From positions 3,534,001-3,598,000 of the forward strand of contig OY986950.1 in assembly GCA_963920595.1 (NCBI GenBank): a stretch of DNA of 64,000 bases, given 5' to 3'. Origin of the DNA: Eimeria praecox. Taxonomy: Eukaryota. Each line of letters opens with the position of its first letter. The first letter of the stretch is position 1. The notes beneath the pieces are model-generated. The model saw nothing but the letters and a program-made list of their open reading frames with translations, did no database searches and was not told where the DNA came from. Made by a program: the position numbers and the translations under genes. This document shows positions 1 through 18,904 of the stretch, piece by piece.

Positions 1-48
<48 letters not shown>

Positions 49-437
49 TTATGCAAGTAAATAACGAGTCAACAAACAAATCTTTGAATACGCAAAGAAG
101 AAACACGCGCAAGAAAAAAAGTAGAAAAAACAAAAAAATTAATAAAAATACAAAACAAAAAATTAATAAAAATACAAAACAAAAAATTAACAAAAATACA
201 AAATTAGATCATAAATCATAAAAGAAAGAAACAAATAAAACAAATAAAACAAATAAAACAAATAAAACAAATAAAACGAATAAAACAAATAAAACAAATA
301 AACCAAATAAACCAAATAAACCAATACTAAACTAGAGAAAGCAAGAAAAGTAGTATATTGAATTATCCTTCTGCGGTGTACATACACCTCAACATAACAA
401 AACTATGTTTATTTTTTGTGTTTTTTTTTTCTCTCAC

Positions 438-1228
438 GGTAATTTATATGGTTGTACTTCTTTTCCAAGGAATAAATCATATAAATACGGGCTTATACTT
501 CTATCTCCAGCAGCAAACGCTGCAAGAGCCGCTGTCTTTCTATCATATGTAGCTCGGCTCCATACACTTCTTACGCTGTATAGACGGGGGGTAGGATCAT
601 CCCATGGCCCTCCCTATAAAATAAAAAAGAAGAAAATTAATAAAAATTATATTCATAATTTATAATCTAATACACACAAAAGAAAATAATATTAAACAAA
701 TAAATTAATATGTTTAGATATACACACATAATTCAAAAATAAACTACAACACACAAACTTATTCGCACAATCACAAATATATGCTGCGATTTATGGAGGT
801 AAAAAGAAACAGAAATAAATAAATAAACAAATAAATAAATATAAATAAATAAATAAACAAATAAATAAATAAATAAATATATTTACATGTATATATTATA
901 CCTCCATATTACTGCATATCCATCAGAAGCAACCAGCAGCAGCACGACCAGCAACAGCAGCAGCAACAGCAGCAGCAACAGCAGCAACAGCAACAGCAGC
1001 AGCAGCAACAGCAGCAGCAGCAACAGCAGCAGCAGCAACAGCAACAGCAGCAGCAACACCAGCAACAACAGCAGCAGCAACAGCAGCAGCAGCAACAACA
1101 GCAGCAGCAACAGCAGGAGGTCCCTTCTACCTTTCCTGGCGATTGATTTGCGAGTCCCGCTTCGATTAATCCTGAATGTCTGTTCGTTGAGACAACCCAC
1201 ACTTTGCTGCTCCAGTCAACGCATGCAG

Positions 1229-1311
<83 letters not shown>

Positions 1312-1619
1312 GTTGTTGTTGTTGTAGTACTGGTCGTGCAGCAGCTGCAGTTGCAGCAGTTTGTGCTACAACAGTTGCTGTTGCAGCAGGTGCTACCGCT
1401 GTTGCTGCCGCTGCTGCTGCTGCTGCTGCAGCAGCAGCAATTAACTGCTGCTGCAGCTTTAGCTCTTAATAAATATTTTGGTATTTTGGTAGAAATGAGC
1501 AAATTGTCCCCAGGAGAAACCTTCGAAGAAATTCTGTCGTCTTCTAAAACAAAAGAACAACGCCACTTCCCCTCACGCGTTCGATCCCACCTTATCGCAA
1601 CATCTGTCTGAAAATAGAC

Positions 1620-1693
<74 letters not shown>

Positions 1694-1973
1694 CAGCAGC
1701 ACAATGAGCAGCAGCACAATGAGCAGCAGCAGCAGCACAATGAGCAGCAGCAGCAGCACAATGAGCAGCAGCAGCAGCACAATGAGCAGCAGCAGCAGCA
1801 GCAGCAGCAGGAGTGTTGTTGTCCTCACGGCCACTTCTTCTTCACACTGTCGTTTCTCTACGTCTGCCTCAGCAGCAACGAGAGGAGCGTAAGTCCGCTG
1901 ATAAGAAATTCCGTCTTCGTATAAAACGCGACAGCACGGTAAAGGCTGACTTGCTGGGCAGACACACACACAA

Positions 1974-2040
<67 letters not shown>

Positions 2041-2115
2041 GAGAGAGAGAGAGAGGGAGATAATGCATTATACATTATACATTATGCATATACATATACA
2101 GATACACATATATAC

Positions 2116-2156
<41 letters not shown>

Positions 2157-2596
2157 ACGAATAGGCTGAGTTTCTGAAGAAGAGAGCAAACCAAAGATAA
2201 AAGCAAACAAAATATAAAAACAATCAAAATATAAATAAAACAAACAAAATATAAAAACAAGCATCAAATAAAATAAAAAGATAAAATATAAAAATTGCAT
2301 ATATATATATAAACATAAGTATGAATCTGTTGTATCTGTTGAGGTGCCTATACACCTGAAACTATAACAAATAATTTGGGGTGTATACGCACCTTCTACT
2401 ACTTGAGGAGAAATCGTAGTACCTCCAGAAGCCCACATTTCTTCTAATTGCTCGATATCTTCTTTACTAACAGGCACAGCACGAACCCTCTCAGCATTTG
2501 TTAACGGCTGTAGCAACAAACAATATATAATTAATATATATAATATATTAATTTAATTAATAAAATAATTAATATATACATATATATATATATATA

Positions 2597-2651
<55 letters not shown>

Positions 2652-3990
2652 ATATATATATATATATTATATATATTAATAATAAAGAAGAAAGTAATTA
2701 GATTTAATAATTAATATGCAATACACAGGAAAAGATTTACGAAAGAGCAAACCCTAAACCCTAATAAACCCTAATAAACCCTAAACCCTACTAAACCCTA
2801 CTAAACCCTCAACCCTAAACCCTAAACCCTAAACCCTACTCTGACAAGCCACGAAGCCAGGGCTTTGTTTTCTACTAGCGGCTGCCACTCCGAGGCGTTC
2901 CAGCCATTCTCCTCCAACACTCCGCTAGCGTAGCATCGATCTCTGCAAACCCCAAACCCTAAACCCTAAACCCTAAACCCTAAACCCTAAATCCTGACGT
3001 CTCAGCCCTAGCAGCCTTTAATCTTGAGGCTAAGACTTTCGAATTGAGGAATCTAAACCCTAAACCCTAAACCCTAAACCCTAAACCCTAAACCCTAAAC
3101 CCTAGACCCTAAACCCTAAACCCTAAACCCTAAACCCTAAACCCTAAACTACCTGCATACGATGACGACGACGCCCTCAGCCTCTGATACGAGCATTCCC
3201 AGCTGCAGGACATTCTTAGCGTTGCAAATAAAACACTCGAGTTTGGTGCCTCCTGCAGTGTACGTACACCTCAACTTCACAGCCATCTAAACCCTAAACC
3301 CTAAACCCTAAACCCTAATATCTGCTACTTCTAGCACAAGGAAACCAACCATAGGGTTTAGGGTTTAGGGTTAAGGGTTAAGGGTTGGATGCAGCAGACT
3401 GCACCTGAGTGTAGGGTTTTTAAGGTTTGTAGGGTTTGTTTGTAGGGTTTATAGGGTGTATAGGGTTTGTAGGGTTTGTAGGGTTTGTAGGGTTTGTTAG
3501 TAGGGTTTATAGGGTGTGTAGGGTTAGTAGGGTTTATAGGGTTTGTAGGGTCTGTAGGGTGTATAGGGTTAGTAGGGTTTATAGGGTTAGTAGGGTTTAT
3601 AGGGTTTGTGGGGTTTATAGGGTTAGTAGTGTACCTAGAGGTCCAAGCGGATGGCAGGCTATTTCTCTATGTTTACTTCTAATAATGTGTTGTAGTATAT
3701 GTGAGGGTCCCACATTCCTCATCGTTCTTCCTGCTGCAGAATTGCAGAAATACTTTGTACATACACCGCAACGTACTAAAACATCACAACCAGAGACGCC
3801 GCAATAGCTGCATATACACCCGAAAAAAGAAAACAAGACACAACATACAAAGGACAGGTCCTTTATTCTTATCTTTCTACTTCTACTTTGTTGCGGTTTT
3901 AGAGAAGGTTAGTTAATTTCAACGCAAATGTCTTCCCTCATTTAATTTAGATTTACAGCAATATAGAAATTGATTGTTATATTACTAGCC

Positions 3991-4087
<97 letters not shown>

Positions 4088-4113
4088 TTACTCTGCTGTT
4101 TTATTACTCTATT

Positions 4114-4165
<52 letters not shown>

Positions 4166-4170
4166 TCTAC

Positions 4171-4254
<84 letters not shown>

Positions 4255-4736
4255 CTCTCTCTATCTGTCATGTTATGAGTGTATTGTTCTATGAGTTTAA
4301 TATTCAATAAATTTATTTATTTATTTTTTATTTATTATTCTATTCCTCCATATATTATTTATTATTATTCTATTAGTCTATATATATCTACTACTCGATT
4401 AAACCCTAAACCCTAAACCCTAAACCCTAAACCCTAAACCCTAAACCCTAAACCCTAAACCCTAAACCCTAAACCCTAAGAGAGCTGGGCAGAGCATCAC
4501 CTGCAGCAAGCATCATCTGCACTATCTAAGTCTTCCGCATCTGCTGCAGCTTCTTCAGCTTCCTGCTGTTGCTGCTGCTGCTGCAGCTGCTGCTGCTGTA
4601 GTTTTTGCTGCTGCTGCTGCTGCTGCTGCTGCTGTCGCTTGCGTTCGTGCTGCTGCTGCAGGGAGGCCCTAGCTTCTTGCAGCTGTCTGTTCTGCTCCTC
4701 CAAAGAAGGAAACTCTACGCCATCATCGAGAGGCCC

Positions 4737-4784
<48 letters not shown>

Positions 4785-5036
4785 CAGTCTAGTATGCTGC
4801 TGTAGGTCGTCCCTCGTCACCCTGCTGCTGCTGCTGCTGCTGCTATTGCTGCTGCTACTGCTGCCGGAGCCGTCGTAGCTGGCTTCCGCGCTGTCTTCTC
4901 TCTTCGCTTCTGCGTTACTTCCTGCGGATTCACCTGCTGCTGCTGCTGCTGCAGGTATTGTTGCTGCTGCTGCTGCTGCAGCAGCAGCAGCTGCTGCAGC
5001 TGCTGCTGCTGCTGGTCGTTTGCCCCCGCCCGCCAT
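438..5036 (-). CDS. UPF1: UPF1-like (regulator of nonsense transcripts 1) RNA helicase, 5' part only; the gene runs off the left edge. Inferred exons: 5036-4501, 3807-3635, 3252-3153, 2942-2840, 2507-2393, 1953-1829, 1607-1131, 613-438
   Basis: The spliced translation (GT-AG introns, phases consistent) gives [145 protein letters not shown]. This is collinear with the UPF1 CH zinc-binding domain, stalk and 1B region. The helicase motifs lie outside the window. Confidence 0.85.
2748..4478. repeat. Interstitial telomere-like (AAACCCT)n/(AGGGTTT)n tracts inside UPF1 introns (about 2748-2837, 2947-2995, 3055-3148, 3288-3318, 3353-3625 in reverse and degenerate, 4401-4478)
   Basis: Heptamer repeats read directly from the sequence; typical of Eimeria repeat-rich segments. 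Confidence 0.95.
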
Positions 5037-5139
5037 CGATTAGGCGAAGGAGGAAGGGGGGAGTATATCCCCTGCTGCTGTTTGGTGTATCGCCTTTGCA
5101 ACACCTTTTATTTGCTTCGGACAGCAGCAGCAGCAGCAG

Positions 5140-5172
<33 letters not shown>

Positions 5173-5308
5173 GACAGACTGCTGCTCCTGACTGCATCGG
5201 CGCGGGGCGCTCAGAAATAATACTAAAGATACAAAATCGAATACAAGAATTAAAGAAAAGCCAAATATTGTGTGTTTGGGGGATTGATATGAAGCAGCAG
5301 CAGCAGAA

Positions 5309-5349
<41 letters not shown>

Positions 5350-5517
5350 TGCTGCTTTTGAGTTCTTATAATACCTTTGTTGCATGCAAAGGGGATTTTG
5401 AAAGATAAATGTGTTGTTTATTTATTTATTTTATTTGTTTATTTTCTTCTATTTTATATATTTTTCAAATCTGCTAGAGTCTTCCTTCTATCTCATTATC
5501 AACAACAGCAGCATTTC

Positions 5518-5560
<43 letters not shown>

Positions 5561-5897
5561 ATGTGTTGGCTTACATTTGTTTAATTATTTCTTATATTTT
5601 GTTTATTATTTATTTCTTTTCATATTAAATCTTCTTTCTTCTGTTAACAGAAGTTCTGTTCTGTTGTCGGTGCTGCTTGTGAGGTGTCTGTACACCTCAG
5701 CATATATCGCCTTCTTCTGTCTGCATGCATTGTATTTCGATTTTGTGTTTATTTTATTCTATTTTATTCATAAACAAATATATTAATTTAATTATAGAAG
5801 GATAAATATCTTATTTTCTCTCATCATCCAATTCAATATTTCCTTAGCTACTACTTCCTACATCTGCGGTGTACGTACACCTGAATCTGTTAACAAG

Positions 5898-8500
<2,603 letters not shown>

Positions 8501-8829
8501 ACGAGCGTTTCATGGGTTTGTTTCTTTGGATTCATCTCATATTTATTTATATTTATTATTATATTTATTTATATGTATTATTATATTTATTTATATTTAT
8601 TTATATCTATTTGTATTTATTTATATCTATTTATATTTATTACAACATAATCATATTAGATCGATGCTCATACAACAACCTCTAAACTCTTGCGTAAATA
8701 AACACATTAGAGCAAAGCCTCCAACAACTTAAAAAGCTATATATGATATATACAATATATATTATATTTTATATTATAGAGTATAAGTAATATGTAGGTT
8801 ATAATATGTAATATATATTATATATATAT

Positions 8830-8888
<59 letters not shown>

Positions 8889-9358
8889 CATATATATACA
8901 TATATATATATATATATTGTAGGCTGTATCCTAAAGCCCACGAAGGAGTGTTTCATATTTACTTTTATGACGGAGTAGATATAATATATGCATAATATAT
9001 ATTATATACACTATACATGTTATATACACTATATATACTGTAAATACTATATATATACTATATATACTATATATACTATATATACTTTATACAGTATATT
9101 TTACTATGTATACTATGTATACTATGTATACTATATCTGCATAATATATATAGTATATATATATATATATAGTATATATTATATATATATATACTGTATA
9201 TATACTAGAGGTGAAGAGAAGACAGCAATATAAATAAGAGACAGACAACTCGAGCCATATCTGTTTGGCTGTATGTACAGATGTTGTTTGAAATGCTCTT
9301 CTTTATTTGTTTTTTCGATCTTTTCTGCTTTACACATGTTTATTCTATTTAACAAATA

Positions 9359-9406
<48 letters not shown>

Positions 9407-9476
9407 CACCTTCATCGATAGACAACAAAAAGAACCTCCGTCCTGCTGTATAGAGATAAATCAGCCTTAGTTCGAA

Positions 9477-9540
<64 letters not shown>

Positions 9541-9797
9541 TCTATACCTGTATAGATATAGATATATACATATATAGATATACAGATATGCAGATAATCG
9601 GCTAGTCGAAGCAGCAAATGCCCAGTAGGCGCATCTACTGTTACATCCCCCAGCAGCAGCAGGAGCAGCAGCAGCAGGAGCAGCAGGAGCAGGAGCAGTT
9701 TTTTTTCTATGTGTGGTGTGTATGTGTAAAATTATTTTGTAGAAATATGATAGATACTGTGATGAAGTTATGTACATATACTATGGAATTAATTGAA

Positions 9798-9851
<54 letters not shown>

Positions 9852-9875
9852 TTATCTCTTTGTTTGAATGCTCAG

Positions 9876-12798
<2,923 letters not shown>

Positions 12799-14504
12799 TT
12801 TTCTCTATTTATCCCTCGTTTCAGCTGCAAGTACACTCGACACCTTCAGGGGTAGAGAAAGAGAGAGAGAGAATGAGAGAGGGAGAGAGAGGAAGAAAGA
12901 GAGAGACGCATGCGCTGCAGCAGCAAAGGAAAGACGCTAGATTCTGCTGTTGCTGCTGCTGGAAATTTGTCAAAGACAGAGTTCGAAAGGAACGCTGGCC
13001 CCAGTTCTTGCCAGGGTTACAAAGGGAGAAGCAGGTGCGAATGCTGCATACGATGCCGCAGCTTTCGAGGCGTCTCTGCAGCGGAAAGGAGTGCTTGTAG
13101 AGGGCCCACCAAAGTGGCTATGGGCAAGCTTCTCTTGATAACGATACTTTAAAGACCTTGTACTAATTGAAAAGCCTCAAGAAACAACAGGCAACCAGGG
13201 TTATTGACCACTGGTGAAGACCACATGACCAGCGGCAAATTCCCGTCGAGTTCAGCTTGGGAGGAACCTGAAGGGCTGAAGCAAGATAAGCAGCAACCTT
13301 GAAGCAACGTACAGAAGCAAATGCGATGCCGTTTTCAGGTTGTTTATTGATTTTGATTACAGGCTCCCCCAGAGAACTTCACTCAGGCCGTGGGTCTGGA
13401 CGAAGCGGCCAAGGGCAGCCGACGCGATGCTTGTACAACTTCACGCAGGGGAAGCGAAGGAAAATTAAGGAATTTGTGTACCAATTTGGAAATTCCTTTG
13501 TTTGTAGGATATATGAACCTTTCATGAATTCAGAAGCCCTTGTTTCGACCTCTTGCAAAAGCTCTAACCCTCGTTCCGCTAGCCACAAACCTGCCCCGGT
13601 GCAGCTGGTCAAGCGAGGCAGATCTAAATGAATTACCCTAGTGATGACCACAAAACAACAACAAAGGGACAAATAGAGCGATTCATGGAAAGGTTTCCAC
13701 TTTAAAGTGCTCTTGAAACATTAAGGAACTGTACCAGCCCACTGCTCTGATGGCGGCAAACGGGGAAGCGCCCGCGCTACTGAAGCTGCCATTCAAAATG
13801 ACCCCAAATTGCCACATTTTTAAGTTACATGTAAATAGAAACAAAGACAGAGACACACATGACCGGAAGAATATTTATAGTCAAGTAGTCGTGCACGTGC
13901 TGAACAGAGCCGGGCGATTCCGATTGCGGAACGACTGCGCTGCGAAACACCTCCCTTGTAACACGAAAAAAAGGTAGATTAACCCTTTTAAAGAGAGAAC
14001 ACAACTTAAGCAATAATATAAGCTACATAATTCAGCTTATTTGGGATGTTTCATTCATGGATGCTGACAAGAGGTTCCTTGTAAGAACGAACTGTATGGA
14101 CAGCTCTACCGATTGGTCGTTCGAGCATTCAGAAGTGGCTCTTCACAATACCTTCAAGTAGCTGCCCATCTTGTAGAATTTCACCTGCTGCCCTCTTAAA
14201 GGCTCATGTGTTGATTGTTTTTTCTCCGTTAATCTGTTTTTCGCGCAATCGCAATCCGCGCGATCTAGTCGTTTATTTTTTTAATTAAAGCCACTTTCCA
14301 CGAAAAGGGGAAATTTGGCCTTTCGAGACTTCCCGCTCGCACTCTCGAATCGCACTGCTCAGCCGTTCCGACCATCTCTTTCATCTATCTTTTCCACTTG
14401 AGTTGAAAGTGGAAAAGAGAACGCGACGACAGGAGTCGGCCGTTTCGTCTGCGATCGTCTAAGTAGCGGATTCTGATCTTTTTTTCTTCTGCAAAGCCGT
14501 CAAG

Positions 14505-16909
14505 ATGTTCGGCAGATGGAAGCTAACGAATAGCTTTTCCAGAACAAGTGCGGATACAATCTCTTCTCCAGCAGCTGCATACAGCTCAGTAGAGATCCGC
14601 CAATACCGTGGGGCAACAGCCGCATCAGAAAAGACATTTTTGAGGAAGGCTCATTATTTTTGCTTGATCCAGTCTGCCCCATCCCCCTCCACATTTGTCT
14701 TTACAGAACCTGGTGACTACATCATCGGCTGTGGGTGCACAAACAGCGTGTCGGGCGCTTTGGTGCCAATTCCGCTTGGCCCTTATCCGGAGTACAGAGG
14801 CAGCTGCGGCTATTTGCGCATCAGAGTTCGCGATAGAAACATTTCTGTACGTCAAGCGTCTCCAGCCTCGACCTCTCCGTTTCAAGGAAATGGCTGTGGG
14901 GCTTTTCACTTTTTCAAGGAGACAGGAAAGGGTTTTGAAGTGTTTACTCACATGGACTCAGCCGAAAACTGCAAGTTCCGCATGGTCCCAAATAATAATG
15001 TGAACGTGAATGGAAAACCGATCTCTCCAGATGATAGCTCCGCTTGTTCCTTTTCTTTTCGTCGAATTCTTCTTGGAGTCGACCGCCCGAATCCAATCCG
15101 CCGCTGTACACCCAACGTATCCGTGGAAACTGGTGCCAATACCACTGCTGACGGTAGCTGTACCCTCTTTACAGAATACCAGTTATCTGTTTCTCGTCGA
15201 TTTGAAGTCTTCTTGGACACACGACTTGGAAAGGGAGGCAACGGAGAGGTCTTCCTTGCAATTGACAGAAAGCTCGGCGTCCCTGTTGCCATTAAACGAG
15301 AACCCAAAGAAATGCTTCGCCATGAATTTGGCCTGATCTGTGATATCCGACTGGATGGGTCTCTGCTGACCTACGTGGCCCAAGATCCGCATCCTTCCAA
15401 ATTCCTTGGACTCATGGCCCATTCTGTTGCCCTGGAAGTGGGAAATGCAGCAGTTGCAGCAGCTGTCGCTCATCACAGCGCTGCCGGTGACACTCACGAT
15501 CATTTGGCGCTAGAACTTGTCAATGGAGGAGAGCTAAGAAAGTTGATAAAATCAAAATATATTTCAGGAATGCCGGTACGAGCATATAATGCTACAAATT
15601 CGTTCGCTTTCATTGCCAAAATTATCTTATGTGTGTTCTTAGCTGGAAATGGCCAGAGCTTACATTTACCAAATTGTTTGCTCTATGGTGCTCATTCATT
15701 CGAAAAACATCATTCACCGCGACCTCAAGACACAAAACATCCTCGTGAGACACGGGGAGACTTTCGAAAACGACGAATTGAAAATAATAGATTTTGGAAA
15801 CAGCACGTAAGTCAGCTACCTCCTTTGAAGTGTCTGAGTAGCCCCTTGCAAGTTCCTTCTGCTGTACAGAAAGGTCAAGCCAGGAATCATCTTGACAAAA
15901 AACTACACAACCTGTTTTGCCTGCGCCCCAGAGCAGTTCATACCCACTGGTAAAGGGTACAGTTACGGCGTGGATATCTGGGCTGTAGGGACAATATTCT
16001 TTGAGCTACTCACTGGCGAGCGTCTGTTCGAGTGTCTCAATATGAACGTGAGACTATTTATGAAATATTTTCCAAGCTGTGCAAGCAATTTACCCGTACA
16101 TTCTACAGGACGCTTCTAGGCAAATACCTGCATTTAAGGAAAAGGATGTGACTGATCGTCTGCCTTTTCTGCGGCAGGACGCTAAGGAGTTCCTGCTGAA
16201 GTGCTTGACCAAAGACCCCCAGAAAAGGCCCACAGCTTTTCAACTACTTACAGGCCCATTCCTATTCCCCCTTCACATCTACCAAATGCGAAGGCGTATT
16301 GAAACAACAGATGTTTACAACTCCTACATGCAGGCATTTGAGAAAGGATGGGGAAATCTAAAGCCCATGGAAGGACTGTCCATGGCGGAAAAGCTCTTGT
16401 ATGACAGCAGTTCTAAGTCATTCTTTTCTGAGTACCCGGACCCGGAGGCTGTTAACGTGGTTTTACCCGTCTTTGAGTGTATACCCGACTTCCAATCGCA
16501 AGACCGCGAGATAAGGATGAGCAATTGGATCCTTACCAGCGATGCATCGTTCTATTTAGCCCCAAGGAAAGTCGAAGGATACTCAAATGGCTGCCAACAA
16601 CATGAGGCATCAACCCAATCGATCCCTAAGAACAGCTCAGTTACAAGCTTCACGTCAACTGGTAGTTCCCAAGACCTGGGAGAAGGCGTATCAAGTCCTG
16701 GCTTTGCCAAGCTACTTCCCGACAATCAGTTTTATCACCAACCTAATGGCCTTATGGCATGTGGGCTGGGTGTCCCGCGGCGGAGTTCGACGTGCTCGAC
16801 ATCGATCGGTACTCCAGTGCATGGGTCTCTAGTGTTTGGAGGTGCAGAGAAGTTAACGGGAAATAATGACGCATTTGAAACATTGGTCAACAGAATCGAT
16901 TCATTGTAG
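14505..16909 (+). CDS. Serine/threonine protein kinase; exons 14505-15575, 15643-15806, 15870-16047, 16109-16909
   Basis: The spliced product has all core motifs: LGKGGNGEVF, VAIK, LELVNGGEL, IIHRDLKTQNIL, IIDFG, CAPE, DIWAVG, KDPQKRPTA. The three GT-AG introns keep the frame. Confidence 0.92.
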
Positions 16910-16945
16910 ATTTCAACACACCTATGCCAAAACACCTTACTCCAT

Positions 16946-18904
16946 TCAGTACCCGCATCGCTTCAAACGGGTGCTTCTTTCCTGCTGCAGCTTGGAGAGT
17001 AGTCTTTGCTCTTCTTGCTGCAGCTCTAGGGCCCTGCCTCTGATCAGATGTCCACTGCTTTTCAACCACGCATCGTATGCTTTCACGTCGAATGTTGGAT
17101 GCCTTTGTTGTTCTAGAAACTTGTCGCTTTTCCAAACGTCCCTAAAGTAGCGTCCTCTATTAACAGGATCTGTTCGACTTCGGCGCTCTGCATCGCGCAG
17201 GTATCCCTGAGTAGAGGGCCGATTGCTAGTCTTTGTTCGGCCATGGATAGCGGGGCGTTTTGAGTCGGAGCACGTTCTGCTGGTATCTGCATTCAATATG
17301 TGCTGCGACGACTTAGGAAGCGCCGCCGCCATTTCATCGAGCATCACTTGGCGTTTAAGCAGTTCATCTCTCTCTAGTTCCTGCACTCGCTGCAGATTTC
17401 TTAGTTGTCGTAGTTGCAAGTCTCTGTCTCGCATGCTTGCCGAAGGATTTTCCCACGGTCTGCTGCAGGAGATGAAAAATCGTGGATATGTAGTAATGGC
17501 GTCCATGTCATCTAACTTGCATTCGACGCCCTTAGCTCTCGGCGTTCTGTTCCCTCGACGGTGAAGCAGATTTGCTGCCCCATGGCTCCACTCTGCAGCA
17601 TTTCCTACGATATTTGAAGTAGCCCATTCGTGTATTCTATTGTGGGAGCTACAGGCGGGAGTGGGCTGAGGACAATTTTCCTTCTCAGCAGCTTCGCGAC
17701 GGGTTGTCAGGCCCTGCTGCTGCGTTTGCTGGCAGCGGCTCTGTGCTGATAGCGGCCGCCTTGGCCGCTCCTGTTGGGGTGTCATCACCGGCAAGCGGGG
17801 GGTGTGCAAGAGCTCACCACCAGTTTGTGGGCCCCTCAAGTGATCAGCGTTTCTTCCGCTTCCCTCCTCCAAGTGAGCAGCACTAACAATACATGTTGCC
17901 TCTTCCTCGTGGTTATGATATAGGGCGCCTGCCTCCTCTTGTTGACGAGGATAGAGACTTATTGGATCGGATTCCGCTTGCTGGTCATTGTACAGGCTCA
18001 TGGGGATCAAGTGCTGCAGCTGCTGAAGCCCGCCTTGAGGATCATTATTTCCCCAAGAGTCGGCAACGGCATTTGGTGGCTCAGGTAGCAACATAGTTTC
18101 TCCGTCTTGCATATTTTCGACAAGTCGGTAGTGGTATTGAAAGTACTGTGGGTCTTGCAGCATCCTCTCTCCTGTATGTTGGTCAGTTTGTACGTATTCT
18201 TGCGCTGCAGCGTCCCATACATAATACTCGTACTCTACAGGCCCTTCATCTCCTTCTTGTTCAGGGGAGAGGGGCAAAACTGCATGTTCATTGATAGATA
18301 AGATGTTGGGGGCCTCTATGGGCTGCTGTGGAGCTTGAGAAGCCCCGGAGTGGTGATGGTGATGGTGGTGGTGGTGATGATGATGCGGCTGCTGCTGTTG
18401 CTGCTGCTGCTGTGGTTGTTGTTGATGATGATGATGGCAGTGATGATGACAAGTACAGAATTCAGGGGTTCCGCTTGTTTGCTGCTGTTGTTGTCGCTGG
18501 TGCTGTCGTTGACGAGGAGGTGCAGGGGAGAAGCTGATAGCATCGAAGTCATCAACTTCCGTCTCAGCTAGAACTCCAGAGTTGTACGGATCTTCTTTTG
18601 ATTTGGAGCAGTTGATGCTGCAACAGCTGCAACTGCAGTGAGCGTGGTTATTAGCTGGAGGAATCTCCTGTACAGACAGGGGCCCCTCTACATTAATCAT
18701 GTTGTACGCCTTAGCCCACAAAAAGCCCTGTTGCTGTTGCTGCAGATCGTCGCCATGTGGTAGCCTACTACCAGAGAGGTACAGGTCTCGCTGGTGCTGC
18801 TGCGGGTTGCTGTTGCTGCTGTTGCTGGTGCTGTTGCTGGTGCAGCGACCCATCAAGCCCCCGTGACAGGGATGTCGGCGAAGCTCGCCTCCTTGAGAGG
18901 TCAT
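16946..18904 (-). CDS. Hypothetical 652-aa Q/H-rich protein; the C-terminus resembles the HYLS1 centriolar C-terminal box
   Basis: Long single-exon ORF. It has a coiled-coil segment, and RSRTDPVNRGRYFRDVWKSD recalls the HYLS1_C TDPV.(R/K)Y..Y...W motif. The family call is tentative. Confidence 0.6.
   Translation of the reverse strand: MTSQGGELRRHPCHGGLMGRCTSNSTSNSSNSNPQQHQRDLYLSGSRLPHGDDLQQQQQGFLWAKAYNMINVEGPLSVQEIPPANNHAHCSCSCCSINCSKSKEDPYNSGVLAETEVDDFDAISFSPAPPRQRQHQRQQQQQTSGTPEFCTCHHHCHHHHQQQPQQQQQQQQPHHHHHHHHHHHHSGASQAPQQPIEAPNILSINEHAVLPLSPEQEGDEGPVEYEYYVWDAAAQEYVQTDQHTGERMLQDPQYFQYHYRLVENMQDGETMLLPEPPNAVADSWGNNDPQGGLQQLQHLIPMSLYNDQQAESDPISLYPRQQEEAGALYHNHEEEATCIVSAAHLEEGSGRNADHLRGPQTGGELLHTPRLPVMTPQQERPRRPLSAQSRCQQTQQQGLTTRREAAEKENCPQPTPACSSHNRIHEWATSNIVGNAAEWSHGAANLLHRRGNRTPRAKGVECKLDDMDAITTYPRFFISCSRPWENPSASMRDRDLQLRQLRNLQRVQELERDELLKRQVMLDEMAAALPKSSQHILNADTSRTCSDSKRPAIHGRTKTSNRPSTQGYLRDAERRSRTDPVNRGRYFRDVWKSDKFLEQQRHPTFDVKAYDAWLKSSGHLIRGRALELQQEEQRLLSKLQQERSTRLKRCGY

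Noticed and set aside
3288..3625. Chromosome end-to-end fusion scar at the telomere-repeat strand switch
   Set aside because: The tracts are short, lie inside an intron of a continuous gene, and are in CCCTAAA-then-TTTAGGG order, opposite to that of a telomere fusion.
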